From positions 1-38,488 of the forward strand of contig CALGGN010000197.1 of assembly GCA_937915915.1 (NCBI GenBank): a stretch of DNA of 38,488 nt, written 5' to 3'. The position numbers were made by a program, and so were the translations under genes. The DNA comes from an uncultured Selenomonas sp. GTDB taxonomy: Bacteria; Bacillota; Negativicutes; Selenomonadales; Selenomonadaceae. This document shows, piece after piece, positions 33,551 to 38,488 of this stretch (the stretch's first letter is position 1; every line of letters begins with the position of its first letter). Under the pieces are notes generated by a model. It worked only from the letters and a program-made list of their open reading frames with translations. It was not told the origin of the DNA and made no database searches.

Positions 33551-33614
33551 TGACGTTTCGAATCGTCCTTTTTCATGCTTTAGCTTTTCCGGTTTTCCTT
33601 CGCCTTTCGTTACT

Positions 33615-33848
33615 CTATCCCGCTCTATCATGGATGAATTTCTCCCATTCTTCGTCGGTGAAGGAAACCATATTTTTGCACTCGCGGATATCCTTGGTTC
33701 TCCTTCTCAGTTCTGCAAGATACTCAGCATTTTTAGCTGCTTTCATGATTGCATTGCGGGAAAATTCCTCGACGCTTACGTTTCCTGCTGTTGCCTGCAC
33801 CTGCAACATTTTCATATCTGCAGGGCTGAAATCAATCGTGATTGACAT
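33615..33848 (-). CDS. Ribbon-helix-helix (CopG/RelB-like) antitoxin-type protein, no adjacent toxin
   Basis: 77 aa from ATG 33848 (GAGAGGGGGAAAATTT upstream): MSITIDFSPADMKMLQVQATAGNVSVEEFSRNAIMKA is a beta-strand plus two-helix RHH pattern. It has a C-terminal EYLAELRRR...SFTDEEWEKF tail like RelB/DUF6290-type antitoxins. Confidence 0.55.
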   Translation of the reverse strand: MSITIDFSPADMKMLQVQATAGNVSVEEFSRNAIMKAAKNAEYLAELRRRTKDIRECKNMVSFTDEEWEKFIHDRAG

Positions 33849-34056
33849 AAATTTTCCCCCTCTCTCCGTGTATATCAGGTATCTTTGAATATGTCTTGCA
33901 AGGAAAGTTCCAGATCGTTGTAGAGGGAAACCTTCAAGAATAACTTTTGCTTTGCTTGCTCTTCCTCGGAAAGCATGTTCCACTTATGCGGTGTTCTGTC
34001 AGATTCGTTTTTGCTGATTTCGTCGGCATGAAAATCCTTCTTCATAGCTTTGGCTC

Positions 34057-35808
34057 TCAGGTCGAGATGTTGATGATATTCATCGCGTAATTCAATCCAT
34101 TGCCATCGTAAACGATGCTATACGTGCTTTTAACATAACCAATCGTATACGCAAACGAATTTCCTCCGGTATGTGTGGTCTCCCAGCGGGGCAAAGATAC
34201 TTCGCTGGAAGTCAGCTGCGTACGGGTAGTGGATGTGCCTTTGTCTCGGATGCGAGCCGCCAGAACATACCCATTGATCTTGCCGGGACCTGTAATGGTG
34301 ATCTCGCTGAAGGGTGCATAAATCACGCCGTTGAAATCAGCACCCAGATAGATGGTATAAGGCGGTGAAACTGCAGCAGTGGTCAAACGCTCCGTACTCA
34401 AAATCCGCTCCTCATCATGAGCCCATGCGGTTTCGGGTTTCTTGACATCCGTCTTTGGTACATCCTTCAACGTTCGTTTCGGATCCGGCCCATCGTAGGC
34501 GATAATCATGGGTTTTTCCTGATAGCCGTTCACATTGATGGTGATGGGCTGTGCGAAGGTGGGACTCCCCCCGAATTTGATGGGTTCGCTTTCAAATCGC
34601 ATATAGAGTGGGGTTGCATTGTCTTGGCTGAGCTTAGCTGAAGTGATATTCAGCACGGTTCCGCGTACGTATTTGGACGTGTCGGAAGCACCGATGTTGG
34701 GACGATCCAGAAACAGCCCAGTAATTTCTTTTGTGCCGCTATCTCCCTTTTTGATCAAATCCGCATCCAATGTATAGACGAGATTCTGAAGGTAGGACAT
34801 TCTTTCCTTTCCTCCGTCATCCACATAAATCGGTTCGGCACAGAATGGATCTGAAATCAATCCTTCGGTTTCTGAGTAGTCGATACAGAGTTCGTTGTTC
34901 TTGGTATATGGGCCGTTAATATAATCTCTGTCCTTGTATGCAATAATGTCATCCGAAAATTTGTCAAATGTCGTGATATTTTTGATATAGTTGTCCCAAG
35001 AATCCGTATAATAGGCTGCTTTCTGATAACCGTAGCCACTTGTCCTGATATTGATGGTCATCTGATCTTCTTCGCCGCTGCGAATCGTAACGGTTTTGGT
35101 GCTGGCATCCATATTGGTTACCGTAAAGCTGCTCCCCACAATGGTTTCCCAGTAATAATTCGGGACGGTTTCCGCAATCTTTTTTGCGGTTTCCTCAATA
35201 ATTTCTTTTGTGTTGTCCCCTTCGATATATGCCATAGCCACGGCGGTTGCTTCGACGCTCAGTTCATCGATGCCGAAATAACGAATAAAGTAAGTGGGGA
35301 TGGTATTTCTCAATTTGACGAGATAGCACTGGGAACTGGTCGCGGTGTCGGACCAGCGCATCGTCGTATTTTCGTCTTCGGCTTTCAGTTCGCTCAAGGA
35401 CAGTTTTCTGTCATCGCTTGTGTTGAGATCCACATACTCTGCCGCTTTCGTGTCAAAGCCACCTGTGTTTTCGGTCTGCTCGAAGTTGTACGTTGTTTTG
35501 TCCAGCGTGACGGTGAAGGTTTCCTTGTATGCAATGGATCCATCTTCCTTTTTCTCCACCATTTCGGAATCGGAAGGATCTACCAGACGGCGGGTAATGA
35601 TGCCGGACTGGGAGCCTTGGTAGGCCACCCCCGCCAATGCCGCCGAGTCCGCCACGTTCTGCAGCTGCGACTTGTAGACGTAGAGATTGCCGAGATCCAG
35701 TGCGCCGCCGAGGGCAGCGAACAGCACCGGCAGCAGGAAGGCGGTCATGATGAGCGTCGCGCCTTTTTGCTTGAAGTACGGTTTGAGATTCGCCATTTTC
35801 ACCATCAT
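34057..35808 (-). CDS. tadG: TadG-like pilus-associated protein (Tad N-terminal domain plus a large uncharacterised extracellular region)
   Basis: The N terminus QKGATLIMTAFLLPVLFAALGGALDLGNLYVYKSQLQNVADSAALAG matches the TadG/TadE-G-like pseudopilin signature. The remaining ~520 aa are T/S/D/Y-rich, with no vWA motif recognised. Confidence 0.65.
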   Translation of the reverse strand: MMVKMANLKPYFKQKGATLIMTAFLLPVLFAALGGALDLGNLYVYKSQLQNVADSAALAGVAYQGSQSGIITRRLVDPSDSEMVEKKEDGSIAYKETFTVTLDKTTYNFEQTENTGGFDTKAAEYVDLNTSDDRKLSLSELKAEDENTTMRWSDTATSSQCYLVKLRNTIPTYFIRYFGIDELSVEATAVAMAYIEGDNTKEIIEETAKKIAETVPNYYWETIVGSSFTVTNMDASTKTVTIRSGEEDQMTINIRTSGYGYQKAAYYTDSWDNYIKNITTFDKFSDDIIAYKDRDYINGPYTKNNELCIDYSETEGLISDPFCAEPIYVDDGGKERMSYLQNLVYTLDADLIKKGDSGTKEITGLFLDRPNIGASDTSKYVRGTVLNITSAKLSQDNATPLYMRFESEPIKFGGSPTFAQPITINVNGYQEKPMIIAYDGPDPKRTLKDVPKTDVKKPETAWAHDEERILSTERLTTAAVSPPYTIYLGADFNGVIYAPFSEITITGPGKINGYVLAARIRDKGTSTTRTQLTSSEVSLPRWETTHTGGNSFAYTIGYVKSTYSIVYDGNGLNYAMNIINIST

Positions 35809-35973
35809 TCACTCCTAAACGAAATATAGATTTCTCGACCTGCATAGATAGATATCTTCATTGTATAGGAATTTTGCCGCAATTTCAATCGGATTCCGGG
35901 AATATTTATCGGGAAAACATGGAAAAAAAGTCTTATACTACACGAAATCTAAGCTCCCACTGCGCCTATTGGC

Positions 35974-36002
35974 TTGTGCTCGCTAAGATTTCATAGTACA
36001 AT
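35974..36002 (+). promoter_or_regulatory. Candidate promoter TTGTGC-N17-TACAAT for the small hydrophobic peptide gene
   Basis: -35 at 35974..35979 and -10 at 35997..36002, spacing counted. Motif only. Confidence 0.35.
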
Positions 36003-36022
36003 AAAAAAAGCAGCCGGTACGG

Positions 36023-36042
36023 CTCCTTTCTTCGGAAAGGAG
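36023..36042 (+). promoter_or_regulatory. RBS-sequestering hairpin CTCCTTTC-TTCG-GAAAGGAG
   Basis: Perfect 8-bp stem with a TTCG tetraloop. The 3' arm is the Shine-Dalgarno sequence (GAAAGGAGG) of ATG 36051. Confidence 0.6.
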
Positions 36043-36050
36043 GTATATGC

Positions 36051-36128
36051 ATGACGATGTACGAGAAGCTGTCCCTTTTGACAGCTATCTTGTCTCTGAT
36101 TGCCTCTGTGCTCTCCCTTTTGAAATAG
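36051..36128 (+). CDS. 25-aa hydrophobic peptide, candidate type I toxin (Hol-Tox-like)
   Basis: Not in the ORF track because it is too short. AAGGAGG lies 7 nt upstream of ATG 36051. Product MTMYEKLSLLTAILSLIASVLSLLK has a polar head, one TM helix and a terminal Lys, resembling remembered putative holin-like toxin peptides (M.xYEALxLM...). Confidence 0.5.
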   Translation: MTMYEKLSLLTAILSLIASVLSLLK

Positions 36129-36240
36129 ACGCCAAGTAGGAGAAAGCCGGGCTCGTCATATCTTTTGAAGATGGGAGCCGGAGCACTCCAACTCACCGGC
36201 TGTTATCTTCCTGCAGCACCGACTGCTGTTCTTGCAGTCC

Positions 36241-36249
36241 ATTATAGCA
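36241..36249 (-). promoter_or_regulatory. Extended -10 promoter TGCTATAAT on the minus strand, pointing back across the small peptide gene
   Basis: The reverse complement of 36241..36249 is TGCTATAAT (a TGn plus a consensus -10). No good -35, which extended -10 promoters tolerate. Confidence 0.35.
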
Positions 36250-36282
36250 CAGTCTCTAAGGAAAAGAAAGGGGTGCGATGGG

Positions 36283-36633
36283 GTGGTTTTGCTTTCGATT
36301 GACGATACGGGGGCGAATCCGCCGCTTCGGGTGGAAGTGGCGGATTCCTTTTTTTCGAGATTTCTGGGGCTCATGGGGCGGGCTTCCCTTGCGGAGGGCA
36401 CGGGACTTTTGATTGCCCCGTGCAGCAGCGTCCACATGTGCTTCATGCGCTTTTCCATTGATGTCGTGTACCTTGACAAGGAATACCGCATTTTGAAAGC
36501 AGTAAAAGGGCTGCGCCCATGGATCGGCATGAGCCTCTGCATGGGCGCTTGGGGTGCGCTGGAACTTCCTGCGGGCACGATAGAGAAGTTTGGATTGGAA
36601 CAGGGGAGGGCGCTGGAAAAAAGAGTGCAATGA
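36283..36633 (+). CDS. DUF192 (COG1430) family protein
   Basis: VADSFFSRFLGLMGRASLAEGTGLLIAPCSSVHMCFMRFSIDVVYLDKEYRIL matches the DUF192 signature A.....R..GLM.R..L....G.L.......H...M.F..DV..LD. GTG 36283 (AAAGGGG upstream) is preferred to the track TTG 36232, which has no RBS. Confidence 0.7.
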   Translation: MVLLSIDDTGANPPLRVEVADSFFSRFLGLMGRASLAEGTGLLIAPCSSVHMCFMRFSIDVVYLDKEYRILKAVKGLRPWIGMSLCMGAWGALELPAGTIEKFGLEQGRALEKRVQ

Positions 36634-36669
36634 ACTGATTGGAATATATCAGCGGCAAGTCGCGGGGAA

Positions 36670-37230
36670 TTATTCTGCGAAAATATCCTTTAAGGGGATT
36701 TCCAGATCATCGTAGAGGGACACTTTCAGGGAAATCTTCGCGGCCTTTCTTTCATCCTCGTCCATGCAGTCCCATTCCTCCTGATCCAAAAGGTGGTATA
36801 CCTCATCCAGCACGAACTCATTGTCCTGCAGCCTGCGCACCTCAATGGAGTTCCCCTTCGGATCCACGATCCAGTACTCTTTTACGCCGTATTGTTCGTA
36901 GAGCTTGAGCTTGCTGCCCTTGTCGCGCTTGCTGGTGCTGGGGGAGAGAATTTCGACCACGAGATCCGGAGCGCCGTGGATGCCGTCATATTTGATTTTG
37001 TCACGATCGCATACAATCAGGACGTCGGGAATCAGGAGATTGTCATCTAAGAACACGCCTACTTCGGAGAATGTCTTGCAGCGTTTTCCCTTGAGATAGC
37101 GGCGAAAAATTTCTTCCAGATTACTGCGGATCTCTGCGTGATGGATTCTGGCCGGAGTCATCTGGTATTCTACGCCGTTAATTCTTTCCGCCAAGTCATA
37201 ATCTGCATACTTTGCGATTTTTGCTGGCAT
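36670..37230 (-). CDS. Uma2-family (DUF820) PD-(D/E)xK endonuclease
   Basis: PDVLIVC...GAPDLVVEILSPSTSKRDKGSKLKLYEQYGVKEYWIVDPKGNSIEV is the Uma2 signature. AGGAGG RBS. Confidence 0.85.
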   Translation of the reverse strand: MPAKIAKYADYDLAERINGVEYQMTPARIHHAEIRSNLEEIFRRYLKGKRCKTFSEVGVFLDDNLLIPDVLIVCDRDKIKYDGIHGAPDLVVEILSPSTSKRDKGSKLKLYEQYGVKEYWIVDPKGNSIEVRRLQDNEFVLDEVYHLLDQEEWDCMDEDERKAAKISLKVSLYDDLEIPLKDIFAE

Positions 37231-37252
37231 GGGAAATCCTCCTTTGGGATAA

Positions 37253-37317
37253 GGAACTGTTCATAAATAAATTTTAGTTTTTACGATGAAGATTTTAAAA
37301 TTTATTTATCCAGTTCC
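37253..37317. repeat. Long AT-rich inverted repeat (hairpin) between the PlsX-chimera ORF and the Uma2 gene
   Basis: GGAACTG-ttc-ATAAATAAATTTTA ...19 nt... TAAAATTTATTTAT-c-CAGTTCC. There are 14+7 paired positions with one small internal bulge. Confidence 0.8.
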
Positions 37318-37338
37318 TAGGTTGTTGATGGGGATGAC

Positions 37339-37839
37339 CTATTGGTGCATCACGATGATGTCGCGGATGACGCTGTTCTGGCAGCTTTCGTCCTCGTTTT
37401 CCACCATGCAGATCACATCGATGGTGCAGTTCATGAAAGCCGTTGGATCCTTGATGCTGTACTTTTTCAGAGCCTTGTCGATTTTTTGGAACGCATGGTC
37501 CAGCGCATCGGCATATATGGTCGCGATGCCGCTGTCGCCGTTCGCCCAGAGCGAAAGGAGCTTGCAGATCTCTTCCTCGCTTTGGATATGGGCGGTGTAG
37601 AGCTTTCCCATGCCCCGCCTGTCCTTCATGAGCTCCGCATCGAATATCTCATAGGTCATGCCCTGCGAGTCGCCCTGCATCAGCAGCGTGGAAGCCAGAG
37701 TCGCAAGGCCGTGCGCGCCGAGCTGCCCGACGAGCAGGATCTTGACGTCGGGAATCTCGCAGGCGGCCTCGACCGCCCCGACGACAATCTGCTTGGGGGC
37801 GTAGTCGCCCCCCATCGCATCCAGCGCAACGCGCGTCAT
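37339..37839 (-). pseudogene. plsX: Chimeric ORF: the first ~38 codons are PlsX (phosphate acyltransferase) and the remaining ~128 codons are unrelated
   Basis: MTRVALDAMGGDYAPKQIVVGAVEAACEIPDVKILLVGQ is the canonical PlsX N terminus, and its position right after rpmF is the canonical plsX position. PlsX is about 330 aa but this ORF is 166 aa. No later PlsX motifs (SAGNTGA etc.) occur in any frame before the Uma2 gene. Confidence 0.6.
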
Positions 37840-37858
37840 CGCCTCGCTCCGCGCGGGT

Positions 37859-38041
37859 TTACGCCTCGACGGCGATCACCTTGCGACCCTTGTAGGTGCC
37901 GCACTTCGGGCACGCGCGGTGCGAACGCTTCGCCGCGCCGCACGCGGGGCAGGTCGACACCGACGCCAAAATCGGCTTCTCCAGCGAGGCGACCCGCTGG
38001 CGCTTGCGCATCTTCGATACCCGGTTCTTAGGACTGGCCAT
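37859..38041 (-). CDS. rpmF: 50S ribosomal protein L32
   Basis: 60 aa. PKNRVSKMRKRQR and the zinc-ribbon CPACG...CPKCG are typical of L32. Confidence 0.9.
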   Translation of the reverse strand: MASPKNRVSKMRKRQRVASLEKPILASVSTCPACGAAKRSHRACPKCGTYKGRKVIAVEA

Positions 38042-38081
38042 GTCTGTTCTCCTTGTTCTTTCTTGTTCTTGTCAATTCGAA

Positions 38082-38488
38082 TCACTTCGAAATCTTCAAT
38101 CCGTCCAGCGCGCCCCAGCGGTCGTCGCGCGTCCGTTCGACCTTCTGCTCGATGCCCGGACAGTCCGGCGCGCAGAGCGGGTAGGTCGGCAGGGCGAGTA
38201 TTATACTATCTCTCGCGTCGGAGGTCAAATCGGCGCATTCGTCTTTTTCGCCGACCTGAACCGACGCCGTGAAGTCGTCGACGTGCACCGTCGTGTCGAA
38301 ATCCTTTCCGCAGCGGCTGCACACAAGATCGAAATCCTGTTCCAGCCGGCCGCGCACGAGCAGTTCCGTGCCGAAGAGCTGGGCGTGCAGCCGGTAGCGC
38401 ACGCCGCCGAAGGCCCGGCAGGCGTCCATCAGCACGGCGGTGCCCATGATATTGGTCTGCAGGAACACCCCGGGATCCTCGATGCTAG
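38082..38488 (-). CDS. yceD: YceD/DUF177 family protein, 5' end off the window
   Basis: CSRCGKDF...PLCAPDCPG cysteine pairs and acidic segments are typical of DUF177, in the canonical position upstream of rpmF. The frame stays open to the window edge beyond GTG 38468. Confidence 0.8.
   Translation of the reverse strand, partial: SIEDPGVFLQTNIMGTAVLMDACRAFGGVRYRLHAQLFGTELLVRGRLEQDFDLVCSRCGKDFDTTVHVDDFTASVQVGEKDECADLTSDARDSIILALPTYPLCAPDCPGIEQKVERTRDDRWGALDGLKISK

Noticed and set aside
33374-33631. 85-aa minus-strand ORF considered as the missing toxin partner of the RHH gene
   Set aside because: It reads straight through the perfect 14-bp terminator hairpin (33518..33550) and through the hicA promoter. 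It has no RBS and does not resemble RelE/ParE/Doc-type toxins.
36047-36139. Alternative 30-aa ORF (MHDDVREAVPFDSYLVSDCLCALPFEIDAK) overlapping the hydrophobic peptide gene in another frame
   Set aside because: Its ATG is only 3 nt from the GGAGG core, which is too close. The product is neither hydrophobic nor family-like. The ATG 36051 frame has ideal 7-nt spacing and a clean TM peptide.
37342-38031. 229-aa plus-strand ORF spanning the PlsX-chimera and rpmF regions
   Set aside because: An extremely Arg/Ala/Pro-rich reverse-frame product of GC-rich coding sequence. rpmF on the minus strand is unambiguous.
1-38488. Scan for CRISPR arrays, tRNA/rRNA genes, IS elements with transposases, integrases and prophage genes
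   Set aside because: No spaced direct-repeat arrays, no cloverleaf-like or rRNA-like segments, and no transposase, integrase or phage structural proteins appear among the translations. The only mobile-element trace is the intron relic.

Overview
This is a 38.5-kb mosaic window with three blocks.

(A) 1-22330 is a large cell-envelope glycan-decoration locus built on polyprenyl-phosphate (Und-P) sugar logic. It holds two GT2 Und-P-sugar synthases, a YdjC/NaxD-type deacetylase, and GtrA-type and ArnE/F-type flippase candidates. It also holds a WecE-type sugar aminotransferase and a low-GC tailoring module (ATP-grasp, Gfo/Idh/MocA oxidoreductase, FkbM methyltransferase, WbqC). Two tandem YfhO-family proteins and two DUF6056-like polytopic GT-C-type membrane proteins complete it. 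htpX and a lipoprotein gene sit inside the block. Embedded in the operon are an MNT-HEPN toxin-antitoxin-like pair and a single-gene AlbA_2/COG2865 cassette bounded by a perfect 25-bp direct repeat.

(B) 22331-32460 is a complete Tad/Flp pilus locus: prepilin peptidase, CpaB, CpaC secretin, two TadZ/CpaE-like ATPases, TadB, two Flp pilins, a TadE-like pseudopilin, the CpaF/TadA ATPase and TadC.

(C) 32460-37840 is a lower-GC accessory patch. It contains a relic of a class-C group II intron placed just after the tad terminator, hicAB, an orphan RHH gene and a detached TadG-like gene. It also contains a candidate type I toxin (25-aa hydrophobic peptide with an RBS-sequestering hairpin and an antisense promoter), DUF192 and a Uma2 nuclease. 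The last ORF in the patch has PlsX for its first ~38 codons and an unrelated remainder. The window ends with rpmF and a partial yceD (DUF177).

A secretin alongside Gram-positive-type families (YfhO, Hol-Tox-like peptide) and GGAGG-type RBSs suggests a diderm Firmicute (Negativicutes, Selenomonad-like). This is inference only. No rRNA, tRNA or CRISPR array was seen. All family calls come from reading the translations and from remembered family signatures; no database search was possible. GC statements are by-eye counts of short samples.
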